From positions 12,090,001-12,154,000 of the forward strand of contig JBHGNT010000009.1 of the NCBI GenBank assembly GCA_043228905.1: a stretch of 64,000 bases of DNA, written 5' to 3'. Shown piece after piece: positions 23,481 through 38,029 of the stretch. The stretch is from Azolla caroliniana (taxonomy: Eukaryota > Plantae > Polypodiophyta). Every line of letters starts with the position of its first letter. The stretch's first letter is position 1. The position numbers and the translations under genes were made by a program. The notes under the pieces were generated by a model that saw nothing but the letters and a program-made list of their open reading frames with translations, searched no databases and was not told the DNA's origin.

Positions 23481-23881
23481 TGTAGAAGATCAAGAAAACA
23501 AAGAGCCGAAGTTGTTCAATATACTCAATGAGGATGTGGACGACATGGAGCAGGACGACCTGACTGATGACGAGCGACATATTGAAAATGCTGAAGAGGA
23601 CGACTAGGACTAACTATGGTGTTCGACCGTGCGAGGCACTGTCCCACGAGCGTGCCATGTGTTAGCTGGTCGGCTACTGACTGGTAAAGGTCGGAGTCGG
23701 GGTCAGACAAGTGGGAAAGGACAGAATTCAAATTGTAATTTTTTTGCCAAGTAAAATTAGAGTAATTTACAAAATAGAATGGTTAATATAAATTGTAGGT
23801 TCTTGCCAGACATGCAAGTGTAATATCTTGGAGAAGTCACTCATGTCGCCTATAAAAAGGGACCGAGATCATTGTATTATT

Positions 23882-24545
23882 TGTTGGGAAACAGGTCCCT
23901 CCGGATGGGAAGGAAGAAGAGGAGTACCCGGCTACGGAGAGCCGGATGGTACAGGCCCGGTATGAACCGGATGAGGAGTACCCGGCTACGGAGAGCCGGA
24001 TGGTGCAGGCCCGGTATGAACCGGATGAGGAGTACCCGGCTACGGAGAGCCGGATGGTACAGACCCGGTGAGGACCGGATGAAGAGACATATTCATAAAT
24101 ATGTTTCTGAGAGCCCATCGAGGCTACATTTGTAAATAGCCGAAAAGTCATATTAGTATAAATATGACTTAGGGCAAACTTTTAGTAACTGTTGTTGTCA
24201 TTCTTTATCTTGTTGGTGCAAAAAGAAGAGAGAGCACGTAACGTTGTACAGAGGGAGAGAGAGAGAGAAAGAGGTCATTGCCTCTGTTGTAACCGCCGCC
24301 TGTGGCGAAGATCGTGAGTCCGAGGTCGTTGCCTCCGTGAACTCACTGTTTTGTACATTCATACATAGTGACAGTTTGCAGCCTGGGGGCTGCCGTGGTT
24401 TTTCCCTTAGTTTGGGGTTTTCCACGTTAACCTCCTGCGTATTCTTCCTCTCCTTGTGTCGTGTTTTATTTCCTGTTTTTCTGTGTATGAAAAGAATCTC
24501 GGTTGTGGCTGAGCGTTGCGCATAAGGAACGATCAGTTCCCGACA
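23882..24545 (+). repeat. 5' LTR of element I (664 bp)
   Basis: Near-identical to 28652-29371. Confidence 0.95.
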
Positions 24546-24577
24546 AGTGGTATCAGAGCAAGAAATCGACACAGAAA

Positions 24578-27500
24578 ATGGACGAATTGTTTGGCGGCAT
24601 GTTCAAGCTCACCGGCTCCAACTATTCAGTGTGGAAGTCGAAGATGAGGGACATGCTCGTAGTTAAAGACCTCTGGCTATCGGTTCAGTTCGGGGACAAG
24701 AGACCGGACAAAATCGACGCCGCGATATGGGAGGTGATGCACATGAAGACAAAGGCATACATATGGTGCTTCATCGACATGAGCCTGTACAACAACTTCA
24801 ATGAAGAGAGCAAGGCTCATGAGCTCTGGGAGAAGATCGGCATAATGTTTCGGAACAAAAATGTTGTCAATCAAGTTTCGGTATTCTGAAAGCTAGTAAG
24901 ACTCCGGTACCAAGATGGCTCCAGCATGGCGGAGCACATGAATGCCTTCTAGGGGCTGATCCACCAGGCAACTTCATTGGAAGTACCTCTTGCCGATGAG
25001 GTACTAGCGCTACTCCTGCTCGGTTCCCTCTCGGATAGCTGGGAGACGTTGGTTGTCACTTTGGGCAACGCCGGACCGGAAGGAAAACGGTTATCCCTAG
25101 CAAGAGTAAAGTCGATCTTGCTAGATGAGGAGGCGCGTCGGAAAGACAAAGATACAAGCTCCGATTCCAAAGCGCTTCTTACCGAATTGGAACGCGGAAG
25201 ACAGAGAAACCGTAGTCCCCAGAACCGGGAGAAGTCGGGGACACGATCAAAGTCAAGGGGAAGGCCTACCTGCTTCTATTGCGGCAAGCCGGGACACTTC
25301 CAAAAGAACTGTCGGCATTTCCGTAAAGACAAGGAAACCGACGGTACCAATTCGAAGCAAACCCTGGACCGGACCGGTAAAGACCGAAACGGTAAAGACC
25401 GGAGGGGGCCGGACCGGAAGGGAACGAGGGCAATCGCGGCAAGTGAAGAAGAGTTGATGCTCATCACCGAGGAGTGTGAGATAAAACTTGCCGGCGATGA
25501 GATGACCTGGGTGATAGACTCCAGAGCGTCGTTCCACCTTACCCCGGACCAGAAATGCTTCTCATCCTATTCAGCCGGTGATCATGGCTGTGTCCGGATG
25601 GGGAATGAAGGAACATGCCGAATTGTCAGCATAGGAGACGTGTGGCTGACAACACCAACCGGAAGCAAGTTGCTGCTAAAGGATGTCCGACATGTTCCGG
25701 AAGTTCGTCTGAACTTGATATCAGTCGGTCGGCTAGATGATGAAGGCTACACGGGTAGCATCCGGAACGGTGTCATGAAGTTCAGCAAAGGTAGCCTGAT
25801 TGTGGCTCGGGCCCGGAAGGTCAACACGCTGTACCTGATGAATGCCCGGTTATGTCCGGAAGAAGTGAACGTGGCATCCGACACTGCCGGTGAGCTGTGG
25901 CACAAGAGGCTGTGTCATATGAGCGAGTAGGGGATGAAGAGGCTTGCAGACGACAACCTCATTCCAGTGAAGAACGTGCACTTAGAGAAGTGCACTGATT
26001 GTCTGGCCGGTAAGCAGAACCGGACCTCCTTCCGACCAAGGCCACCGATGAGACGTAATGCACCACTGGAGTTGGTGCATACGGATGTGTGTCAGATAGA
26101 CACGAAGTCACATGCCGGAGCGCAGTACTTCGTGACATTCATAGATGACCACAGCCGGAAGTTGTGGGCCACACCCTTGAAGACGAAGGATCAGGTGTTA
26201 TCTGTCTTCAAAGAGCTCCACGCGAGAGTGGAAAGAGAAACCGGCCGGAAGTTGAAGGTGGTTCGAGCAGATAACGGAGGAGAGTACCGGGGGCAGTTCG
26301 AGGATTACTGCCGCTCGAAGGGAATCCGGCTCGAATTTACCGTGCCGAAGACGCCGGAACTAAACTGACTGGCCGAGAGGATGAACCGGACCATAATGGA
26401 GAGGGTCCGGAGTATATGCTAGCGCATGCAAAACTACCCAAGAAGTTTTGGGTTGAGGCATTGTCGACGGCGACATATGTGATTAATAGATCACCCTCAG
26501 TACCCTTGGATGGAGACACGCTACAGAGAGTGTGGACCGGTAAGGAAGTATCCTACCGGCATCTGAAGGTGTTCGGGTGTCTCGCGTACGTGCATGTAGC
26601 TAAGGACCGGAGTGGAAAGCTAGATCCAAAGACCCGACCATGCATATTCCTCGGTTACGGTGACGATGAGTTCGGCTACCAAGTGTGGGACCCGGTCGAC
26701 AAGAAGGTATTCCGGAGTCAAGATATTATCTTCATGGAGGACAAGACGCTCGCCGACTGGGAGTCGGAGAAGAAGATAATGAACTCCGAGTCGACCGGTA
26801 AGGATAGACTCTACGATGAGCAGACCCAACCGGCAAGAGACCGGTTAGCACTCAAGGAACCAGCCGGTTACGGTGAGGATACCGAACCGGCAGAAAAAGA
26901 AGCAGAGGAAGCTGAGACCGGAACTGGCCAAGACCCTGAATCGGATTCAGATGAAGAGCAAATGGAGGAGCCGGTTACCGAAGCCCGAAGACGTAGATAT
27001 CCTCTCAGAGAGAGAAGGGCGCCCCGGAGATTTCCGGATGTAGAGCATGTTCTGCTGACCGATGAGGGGGAGCCGGAAAGCTTCGAAGAAGCGAAGGAAG
27101 ACACCCACAACCAAAAATGGTTAAGTGCCATGCAGGATGAGATGGATTCCCTGCATGAGAACCATACGTACGATTTGGTGGAGTTGCCGAAAGGAAAACG
27201 GGCACTCCGAAACAAGTGGGTGTACAAGTTGAAACCGGGAGATGCCGGCAACCCCCCGAGATACAAAGCCAGGATCATGGTGAAGGGGTTCCAGCAGAAG
27301 AAGGGCATGGACTTCGACGAGATATTTGCCCCGGTAGTAAAGATGACCTCCATCCGGACGGTGCTGAGTATAACAGCAAGCATGGACCTCGAGGTAGAGC
27401 AGCTGGACGTGAAGACGACATTCCTTCACGACAATCTCGAAGAGGAGATCTACATGCAGCAACCGGAAGGATTTGTGGAGAAAGGGAAGGAGCACCTGGT

Positions 27501-28641
27501 ATGCCGGTTGAAGAAGAGCCTGTACGGACTGAAGCAGGCTCCCCGGCAATGGTACTGGAAGTTCGACTCCTTCATGACCGATCAAGGGTAGCACAAGACG
27601 CAGGCCGATCACTGCGTGTTTGTGAAGAAGTTCGAAGGAGGGGACTTCGTGATACTCCTCCTGTACGTGGATGACATGTTGATCGTCGGACGAGACCAAG
27701 TCAAAATATGGATGCTGAAGAAGGCTCTCAACCGAACCTTCTCAATGAAAGACTTGGGTCCAGCAAGACAGATGTTGGGGATGCACATCATTCAGGACCG
27801 GTCAATGAAGCAATTATGGTTGTCACAGGAGAAGTATGTGACAAAGGTGCTTCACCGGTTCAACATGTAAGAAGCAAAACCGGTCGGATCGACACTTCTG
27901 GCAAACTGCAAGTTGTCCGGTAAGCAAAACCCGAAGACAAAAGCAGAGAAGGCGGATATGATGAAGATTCCATATGCCTTTGCCGTCGGGAGCTTGATGT
28001 ACGCAATGGTTTGTACCCGACCGGACATAGGATACGCAGTCGGAGTGGTGAGCCGGTTTATGAGCAATCCCGGCAAGGAGCACTGGAACGCGGTCAAATG
28101 GATACTCCAGTATTTGAAGGGCACTTCAAATATGTGTCTCCGATTCGGCTCTAGAAAACCTCAACTGGACGGTTTCACCGATTCGGACATGTCGGCTGAT
28201 GTGGATACCAGCCGGTCTACATCCGGGTATGTAATGACATATGCAGGGGGGGTTGTTTCGTGGCAGTCGAGGCTGTAGAAGACGGTTGCATTGTCAACCA
28301 CGGAGGCGGAGTACATGGCGGCTGTGGAAGCCGGCAAGGAAATTTTATGGATGAAGGACTTCATCGGAGAGCTCGGTAAACGGCAAGAGGAATACCGACT
28401 CTATGGCGACAGTCAAAGTGCCATCCACCTTGTTAAGAATGCGGCCTACCATTCCCGGATGAAGCATATCCAGCGGAGGTATCACTGGATCCGGGAAAGA
28501 GTAGATGACCAGGAGTTCGCACTGACGAAGATCCACACGACCGAGAACGGGTCAGATATGCTGACCAAAGTGTTGACACCCGACAAGCTGAACGCATGCC
28601 GGAAGAAGATCGGGCTGGTAAGACACCCCATGTCGGAGTGA
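24578..28641 (+). pseudogene. Copia gag-pol (gag-PR-INT-RT-RH) with ~7 stops and a frameshift
   Basis: Consecutive ORF pieces with all copia motifs, incl. QLDVKT, LYGLKQAPR, LLYVDDM. Confidence 0.95.
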
Positions 28642-28651
28642 AGGGGGAGTT

Positions 28652-29371
28652 TGTTGGGAAACAGGTCCCTCCGGATGGGAAGGAAGAAGAGGAGTACCTG
28701 GCTACGGAGAGCCGGATGGTGCAGGCCCGGTATGAACCGGATGAGGAGTACCCGGCTACGGAGAACCGGATGGTGCAGGCCCGGTATGAACCGGATGAGG
28801 AGTACCCGGCTACGGAGAGCCGGATGGTGCAGGCCCGGTATGAACCGGATGAGGAGTACCCGGCTACGGAGAGCCGGATGGTACAGACCCGGTGAGGACC
28901 GGATGAAGAGACATATTCGTAAATATGTTTCTGAGAGCCCATCGAGGCTACATTTGTAAATAGCCGAAAAGTCATATTAGTATAAATATGACTTAGGGCA
29001 AACTTTTAGTAACTGTTGTTGTCATTCTTTATCTTGTTGGTGCAAAAAGAAGAGAGAGCACGTAACGTTGTACAGAGGGAGAGAGAGAGAGAGAAAGAGG
29101 TCGTTGCCTCTGTTGTAACCGCCGCCTGTGGCGAAGATCGTGAGTCCGAGGTCGTTGCCTCCGTGAACTCATTGTTTTGTACATTCATACATAGTGACAG
29201 TTTGCAGCCTGTGGGCTGCCGTGGTTTTTCCCTTAGTTTGGGGTTTTCCACGTTAACCTCCTGTGTATTCTTCCTCTCCTTGTGTTGTGTTTTATTTCCC
29301 GTTTTTCTGTGTATGAAAAGAATCTCGGTTGTGGCTGAGCGTTGCGCATAAGGAACGATCAGTTCCCGACA
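28652..29371 (+). repeat. 3' LTR of element I (720 bp, one extra 54-bp unit)
   Basis: Near-identical to 23882-24545. Confidence 0.95.
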
Positions 29372-30303
29372 TTATTATCGTTCTGTTCTGGTTTAATATA
29401 ATTTTGGTAGTTAGAGTATCTATTGTGTCGACTATTCTGTTTTATATTATATCATTGTGTCAGATGTTCGAATTTGGTCTCTGCTACATAGATTATGTTA
29501 TAGCTAAATAGTTGATCCGGATTGTGTGTTCTAATTCTAGTAATTAGATTTTGTGTGACCATTGTTACATAAAGTTCTGAGTAAGGAACTAGCATAGACA
29601 AATACCATATCTCCAACCATAAGCTTCTTGATAGAACGGTTTTGAAAGTATAAACGTTCGACTTGTGTCTGTTGGTTGTTGGTAGGGACAACAATATACC
29701 TCGTGGAGTCATATCTCTCTGGAATGTTAATGATTACCCATGTTGTGATATGTATTAATGTTCCAGTATCAGTATCAAGCCTACAATTACTACATTCTTG
29801 TTTAATAATGTGGGGATTAAAACGAAACCCATACGAAGTTTGTCATCGAGGATTTAAAAAAGGAGAGTTCAAGATTTGGTGGAAAGCAAAGACAATCAAG
29901 GAGATCTTGACTCTCTTGTGGCAAAGGCAAGAAAATGAAAGATACAATCCATGTTGATCTGTCTAATTATAATTAAGTTGTAGACACTTAAAAATTAGTT
30001 TATTAATAATATACACTTTAATAATCAATATATAAATAATTTTAGAGCACCTCTCCCCACCCTAAAATAGTCAGTTGTTGCTTTCACTAAGAGTATCTCT
30101 CCCATAGATCAAGAACACATAAGGTCCCATAGGTCAAAATTGCCCTCTTTATGGACAAAAAAAAGCTCTAAATTCTAAATTTTGCACCCCAAAAAAGTTT
30201 GTTGTTGCTTTGACTAAGAAGACATCTCCCCACCCTCCCACCATTAGTATGTGCGATATCCAAATGTTCTAATGTAACTTTTTTCTAAAATATGTATGCA
30301 CAT

Positions 30304-33300
30304 TGTGGAGAATAGCGTGGAATATTGCTCGGCCACATCCGAGTCTTGAATCACTTCAATGAGAATGAAATATAGAAATGGGAAGTAGAGAGTACATAGA
30401 ATGTTTACGTGGAAAACCCTAATGGAAAAAAACCACGGGAGCCCACAGACTCTAAGATATCACTATATATAGGAAAGATACAATTAGAGACTCGGAGGCA
30501 ACGACCTCAAGCTCTGTATCTTCGCCAACCGGCAGTTACAATAGAGTCTAATTGTGTATCTCCTCTCTCTCTATACAACAACAACAATATGACAACAATA
30601 TAAGAACAACTCATAAAGTGATTGCCCTAAGTCATATTTATACTTATATGAACTTAGGGCTATTTACAAATATAGCCTCAATAGGCTTACTCAAAACATA
30701 TTTACAAATATGTCTTCTCTTTCAGTTCTCACTAGGTCCATCCGATCCGGTTTCCAGATCTCTTCTGGTTCTCACCGGGTCCATCAGTTCTGGTTTCTAG
30801 GTCTCTTCTGGTTCTCACCGGGTACTCTTCATTCATAATCGGTTCCCATCCGGAGAGATCAACTTCCCAACAATCTCCCCCTTCACTCCATCATGGCATA
30901 TCTCATCAGCCCGATCAGCTTTCAGCATGTGTCCTGCTTGTCGGTTGTCAACACATTGGTCAACATATCCGACCCGTTCTCCTCCATGTGGATCTTCATC
31001 AGCACGAACACTAGATCTTCTACTCTCTCCTGGATCTAGTGGTACCTCCGCTGGATATGTTTCGTCCAGGAATGGTAGGCTGTGTTCTTTGCAAGGTGGA
31101 TGGCACTTTGATTGTCGCGGTAGAGCCGATATTCGTCCTGTTGGATCCCTAGCTCTCCGATGAAGTCATTCATCCAGATTATCTCCTTGTTGACTTCCAC
31201 AATTGTCATGTACTCCGCCTCCGTGGTTGACAACGCAACCGTCTTCTACAGCCTCGATTGCCACGAAACAACTCCCCTTGCATAAGTCATGACATATCCG
31301 GATGTTAACCGGCTGGTATCCGCATCAACAGACATATCCGAATCTATGAATCCGTCAAGTTGGGGATTACTAGAGGTGAACCAGAGGCACATACTCGAGG
31401 TGCCTTTCAAATACCGAAGTATCCACTTGACCGCGTTCCAATGCTCATTTTAGGGATTGCTCATGAACCGGCTCACCACTCTGATCGCATATCCGATAAG
31501 CGGCCGGGTACATACCATCGCATACATCGAGCTTCCGACGGCAGAGGTATATGGTATTTGCATCATGTCCATCTTCTCTGCCTTGGTCCTCGGGCTTTGT
31601 TTTCCGGGTAGCTTGCAGTTTGTCAGAAGTGTTGATCTGACCGGTTTTGCCTTCAACATGTGAAACCGTTGAAGCACCTTTGTCACGTACTTCTCCTGTG
31701 ACAACCACAACAACTTCTTCAACCGGTCCCAAATGATGTGCATTCCCAATATCTCTCTTGCCGAACCCAAGTCTTCCATTTAGAAGGTCCAGTTCTGAGC
31801 CTTCTTCAGCATCCGAATCTTGCCTTGGTCTCATCTGAAGATCAACATATCATCCACATATAGGAGGAGTATCAGGAAATCTTCTCCATCAAATTTCTTC
31901 ACAAACACCTAGTGATCGGCCTATGTCTTGTGGTACCCTTGGTCGGTCATGAAGGACTCGAACTTCCGGTACCATTGCCGGGGAGCTTGCTTCAATCCGT
32001 ATAAGCTTTTCTTCAGCCGGCACACCAGGTGCTCCTTCCCTTTCTTCTCAAATCCTTCTGGTTGATGGATGTAGATCTCTTCTTCGAGGTCGCCATGTAG
32101 GAATGTAGTCTTGACGTCCAGTTGCTCTACCTCGAGGTCCATGCTTGCCACTATCCCTAATACTATCTGGATGGATGTCATCTTTAAAACCAGGGCAAAG
32201 ATCTCATTGAAATCCACTGCTTTGTTTTGTTGGAACCCCTTCACCACGATCCGGGCTTTGTATCTCGGTGGGTTTACGGCATCTCCCGGTTTCAGCTCGT
32301 ACAACCACTTGTTCCGGAGTGCCCTCTTTCCTTTCGGCAACTCCGTCAGTTCATACGTGTGGTTCTCATGTAGGGAATCCATCTCATCCTGCATGGAACT
32401 CAACCACTTGGGGCTGTGGATGTCTCTCTTTGCTTCTTCGAAGCTTTCCGGCTCCCCCTCATCGGTTAGCAACACATGCTCTGCATCCGGAAATCTCTGG
32501 GGGGCTTGTTCTCTCTCGGAGAGGATATCTTCGTCCTTGGTTTTTGACCGATTCCTCCGTTTGTTCCTAATCCGAATCTATGAAGACTATGTCCCCACTC
32601 AGGAACACCTTCTTGTTAACCAAATCCCACACCCGGTAACCGAACTCATCATCACCGTATCCAAGGAATATGCATGGCCTAGACTTAAGATCCAACTTTT
32701 CTCTCTTGTCCTTTGCAACATGCACATATGCGAGATACCCGAACACCTTTAGATGCCGGTAAGACATGTCCTTACTGGTCCATACTCTTTGTGGTGTGTC
32801 TCCGTCCAAGGGTACCAAGGGTGATCTGTTTATCACGTAAGTCGTCGTCGTCAGCGCCTCAACCCAAAATGTCTTGGGTAACTTGGCATGTGCTAGCATG
32901 TTGTAGACTCTCTCCATTATGGTTTGGTTTATCCGTTCAGCCATCCCGTTTAGTTCAGGCATCTTCAGCAGTAAATTCAAGGCGGATTCCCTTCAACTGG
33001 TAGTACTCCTCGAACTGCCCCCGATATTCTCCTCTGTTGTCTGCTCGAACCGCCTTCAACTTCTAGCCAGTTTCTCTTTCCACTCTCGCATGTAGCTCCT
33101 TGAAAACGGATAACACCTGATCCTTCGTCTTCAACGGTGGGACCCACAACTTCCGGTTGTGGTAATCTACGAATGTCACGAAGTACTACGATCCGACATG
33201 TGACTTCATGTCCACTTGACGGACATCGGTATGCACCAGCTCCACTGGTGCATTCTGTCTCATTGGTGGTCTTGACCGGAAGGAGGTTCAGGTTTGCTTG

Positions 33301-35178
33301 CCGGCCAAGGAATCAATGCACTTCTCAAGTTGCACGTCCTTCATCGGAATGAGATTATCTTCGGCAAGTCTCTTCATTCCCGACATATCTGAGCATTCAT
33401 CAAGTATAATGTGTTGACCTTCCAGGCTCAAGCCACTATTAGGCCCCCTTTGTTGAACTTCATGACTCCGTTCCCGAGCCACAATCAGGCTCCCTTTGCT
33501 GAACTTCATAACACCGTTCCGGATGCTACCCGTGTAGCCTTCATCATCTAGCCGACCGGTTGATATCAGGTTCAGTCGAACCTACGGAATGTGTTGGACA
33601 TCCTTCAGCAGCAACCTACATCCGGTTGATGTCGTCAACAACACATCTCCTATGCCGATAATTCGGCATGTACTTTCATTCCCCATCCGGACACAACCGT
33701 GATCACCTACTGTGTAGGATGAGAAGCATTTCCGATCCGGTGTCAGGTGGAATGATGCTCCGGAATCGACAACCCACGTTGTCTCATCGCCGACAAGGTT
33801 TAACTCATTCTCCTCAGTAATGAGCATCATTATCTTTTCAGTTGTCGCGATCGCCAACGTTCCTTTCTGATCCAGGCCTCTCTGGTCCGAACCGTTTCGG
33901 TCCAAACTCTTCTTCGAATCAGTAGTGCCAGTTTCTTTCTCTTTCCGGAAACGCCAACAGTTCTTCTGGAAATGCCTCAACTTCCTGAAGTAGAAGCAAG
34001 TACGCCTCCCCATTGACTTCGACCTCGTCCCGGATTTTTCTTGGTTTTGGGGGCTCCGATACCGGCGTCTTCCCCAGTTGTGGTCATATTCCGTGACCAA
34101 AGCCTTCGGATCGGTTCCGGACTCCCGGTCCTTCCGGTTAGTTTGACTTGACTCTTGCTAGGGACAATTGTTTTCCTTCTGGCCCGGCGTTGCCCAACGT
34201 GACCACTAGCGTCTCCCAACTATTCGGGAGGGAACCAAGCAGGAGTAATGCGAGTACCTCATCGGCGAGAGGTACTTCCAACGAGGTGGCTTGGTGTATT
34301 AGCCCCTGGAAGGCATTCATGTGCTCCGCCATACTGGAGCCGTCATGGTACCAGAGCCTCGCTAGCTTCCGGAATACCGAAACCGGATTGACGGCATTCT
34401 TGTTCTGGAACATGATGCCGATCTTCTCCCAGAGTTCATGAGCCTTGCTCTCTTCATTGAAGTTGTTGTATAGGCTCATGTTGATGAAGCACATGATACA
34501 TGTTGTTGTCTTCATGTGCATCAGCTCCCACAGTGTGGCGTCGATCTTATCCAGTCTCTTGTCCCCGAACTGAACCGGCAACCAAAGATCTTTAACCACC
34601 AGAATATCCCTCATCTTCGACTTCCACACTGAGTAGTTGGAACTAGTGAGCTTGAACATGCCGTTGAACGAATCTTCCATTTCCTGTGTTGTTCGCTCTG
34701 ATACCAGATTGTGGAGAATAGCGTGGAATATTGCTCGACCACAACCGAGTCTTGAATCACTTCAATGAGAATGAAACATAGAAATGGGAAGTAGAGAGCA
34801 CACAAAATGTTTATGTGGAAAACCCTAATGGAAAAAAACCATGGGAGCCCACAGACTCCAAGCTATCATTATATATAGGAAAGATACAATTAGAGACTCT
34901 GAGGCAACGACCCCGAGCTCTATATCTTCGCCAACCGGCGGTTACAATAGAGTATAACTTTGTATCTCCTCTCTCTCTATACAACAACAATATGACAACA
35001 ACTCATAAAGTGATTTCCCTAAGTCATATTTATACTTATATGAACTTAGGGCTATTTACAAATATAGCCTTAATAGGCTTACTCAAAACATATTTACAAA
35101 TATGTCTTCTCTTCCGGTTCTCACCGGGTCCTCTTCATTCATAACCGGTTCCCATCTGGAGGGACCGACTTCCCAACA
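30304..35178 (-). mobile_element. Full-length but internally deleted and decayed Ty1/copia element J with CACAT TSD
   Basis: LTRs 34710-35178 (5') and 30304-30872 (3'), PBS 34694-34706, PPT 30875-30885, CACAT at 30299-30303 and 35179-35183, gag ATG 34680. Confidence 0.95.
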
Positions 35179-35427
35179 CACATTACCTTTCTAAACTTTT
35201 AAATTGGCCCCCTTATGGACAAGTCTACAGGATGTAGCTTTTGAATATGTTGATAGAGATGTCAATGGCTTCACAGTCCTTAATTAGCTCTTGTTGCCCC
35301 AACTCCATAATTTTAAGCAGTATTTGTATTTGTATGTTCTCATCAACACCTACGTCTTCCATGTTTTTTTTTTTTCCCGTACATATTAGAAGCATAGATT
35401 GACATATTCGCATTTGTGGGGTTTCCC

Positions 35428-35545
35428 ATTCGAATGCAAACGAATACGAATACGAATACGAATGGGTAGTCAAGTATTCGAATGCAAACGAATACAAATA
35501 CGAATGGGTAGTCAAGTATACGAATACGAATACGAATACGAATGG
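35428..35545. repeat. (CGAATA)n-based compound tandem repeat
   Basis: TTCGAATGCAAA(CGAATA)nCGAATGGGTAGTCAAGTA blocks, about 2.5 copies. Confidence 0.8.
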
Positions 35546-36301
35546 TTAAAAGTTAATTTAAGCCACTTGATAATTTAGGCATTAAATTAAATATGTGAGA
35601 CAAGGATACCAATTTTTTTGTATTCCATTAATGTATAGCACGTGGACCATATATTAGACTAGTACAATGGACGTTAGAATGGGGCTTGATCACATATTCT
35701 ACAAGAATAGTTAATTAAAATTTTATCATCAACACATAATGATCTAATAGCGGATGTCGTAACATGGACACTGACACATTGTCTCATATAAACAAGTATA
35801 TGGTTATTACTAGATTCAACAACGACAAAATTAGTTTGATTATGTCTTACACCAAGCCAACTATATTTCCTTGAGAATATGATCTCCCATCTATATAAAA
35901 AATTTCACCCACATTACGAGCCATTACGTGTTAATCTATTAGGGAGGTGGCACTACACAAAGAACCATATGTTGTCATACGTCTTGTAAATCGTACTAAT
36001 CAATGTCATGTAGTCCACATAAACATAGGCCTAGAAAAGGAGATCAATGTGACTACCAAATCACAAGGGACATGTAAAGATAGTGTGATGAACAAGCGTC
36101 AACCAACATCATGAGAGATTGTAGATGGGACTATCATATAACATCTGGCCCAAAAACCACACCCTCCCCATCATTAAGCAATGATTATAAATCCATATTA
36201 TGTGACTGTAAGGCATAGAACATACTCGAGGGTTTCACTATACATAAAGTGGTTGCGCACGTGCATTCATGAAATCTTTTATAAACCCCTTATACATATG
36301 T

Positions 36302-36441
36302 TTTTTTACTATTGTAGAGGCCCTCTTGTAAAAAAATGATAAATTAAAATACCATTTAGTGCCAATATATATTTTTACTATTGTAGAGGCCCTCTTGTAA
36401 AAAAATGATAAATTACAATATCATTTAGTGCCAATATATAT
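36302..36441. repeat. ~68-bp tandem duplication
   Basis: TTTTTACTATTGTAGAGGCCCTCTTGTAAAAAAATGATAAATTA...TTTAGTGCCAATATATA twice. Confidence 0.85.
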
Positions 36442-37226
36442 TTTGATAACAACTCATTTTAAATGCCTTTATATAGAAAAGATACATACACTCAATTTCA
36501 AATCTAAGAAGCCTAGAAGGGATCTATGACCTTGTTTACAATTGAGTTCTTACATAATGTATGTGTTGAGATATCAAGCTCAACTAGGTTTAGTAATTTG
36601 GTCCACCATGTAATTTAGTAGTGACATAATTAGAATCTAGTTAGAAGTCTTGACCTTAAAGCCTTAAATAGGATTTTGTACTTAGTGGGGATGCATTCTA
36701 GATCCTCCACTACCAAGCTCATTAAATATTGGACGTACATCCTTGTACCTATATTCTCCTCACATATGTGCACCCTTGCACATGAGATGTATATATACCT
36801 CATTTTGGGTATCTTTGTTCTTTGATGCTTATGAATATAGAGAAAGGTCGTTCGCTACAGTCTTGTTAATCATCCCCCATGTATCTCATTGTTCTTAAGT
36901 GTAACTTCCTCTATCTCTTTCTCTCACACACATACACACATATATTACATAATCTTCCACGGCTTAATCACATACGTGATTAACTTCTCACATAATTAGA
37001 TACTAACTAACCCTTAGTTAATTACTTAATTATTAACAATATGTTTGAACATCAAACATCATTGCACATTCCTAGAAATGTTTCACTCAAGTACCACATG
37101 AATTGAAAACTCAACGTGCAAAGTATGAAGTAATGCACATCTGATTAGGAAACATCACCGAAAAACATTAGAGGTATAACAAATAAAAGCCACATATAAG
37201 TTCATGAAAATTCATCAGCAAATCCC

Positions 37227-37484
37227 CACAATGTAGTAGTTTTTGACAGCCAAGCTACGCTATACAAATCTTAGCATAAGATGCAAACTACTAGATTGCT
37301 TCTTTCCATACTATAAATCCTATTAGATTACAAGGAAATGAGGGATTAGATATCCTCACAATCTAGTAGTTTTTGGCAGCCAAGCCAAGCCATACAAAGC
37401 TTAGCATAAAATGCAAACTAATAGATTGCTTCCTTCCATGCTATAAATCCTATTAAGATTACATGGAAATGAGGGATCAGATAT
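37227..37484. repeat. ~130-bp diverged tandem duplication
   Basis: CACAAT.TAGTAGTTTTTG.CAGCCAAGC...GGAAATGAGGGAT.AGATAT twice. Confidence 0.8.
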
Positions 37485-38029
37485 TGATATAGCTCAATTT
37501 CCTCCCCTATGAATCAATATATTTCCACTTAAGTGGAACCCACAACTCGGAGCCAGCTAACAGCCGAAAGCCGGTCGAGGGCAGACTCTGGGCCAAGAGC
37601 CAACTCAGAGTAGGTTGTGTGCTAGCCAACGACTAAGAGCCGTTTCAGAATTGACTAAGGGAAAAAAAATAGGTTAATACATACATATATATATATATGT
37701 ATGTATGTATGAGGAGTGCAAAAAAGGAGATGCAGAGACAGAGTGTGTGCGTGACCTAAAAGAGGAGAACAAAGAGACTAAGTGTGAGAGCGAGCATTTT
37801 ACAGAGGAGGAGATAGGGTACTTGTGAGGGGCTATTTGTGACGTTGATGAGCTTGTACCCGATGGTTGGAGTGCGACTTTCCTATCTATTTGTATGAAGT
37901 TCTTCTTTGGTTCTTCTGTGTTTTCTGTCTTTCTATTGTTCTTTTCCATCTAGTCGGGTGAAGACTGTTAACAAGGTTGTTGCCTAGATGCATTTATATT
38001 CCTCTAGTGAACACTAGAGAAGTGTTATC

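Larger units (their letters stand above)
23882..29371 (+). mobile_element. Full-length Ty1/copia (Tork-like) element I with TTATT target-site duplication
   Basis: LTRs 23882-24545 and 28652-29371, PBS TGGTATCAGAGC at 24548-24559, PPT at ~28640-28649, TTATT at 23877-23881 and 29372-29376. Confidence 0.97.

Noticed and set aside
37520-37975. Possible LTR of the second copia lineage
   Set aside because: No partner LTR, PPT or TSD could be identified with confidence
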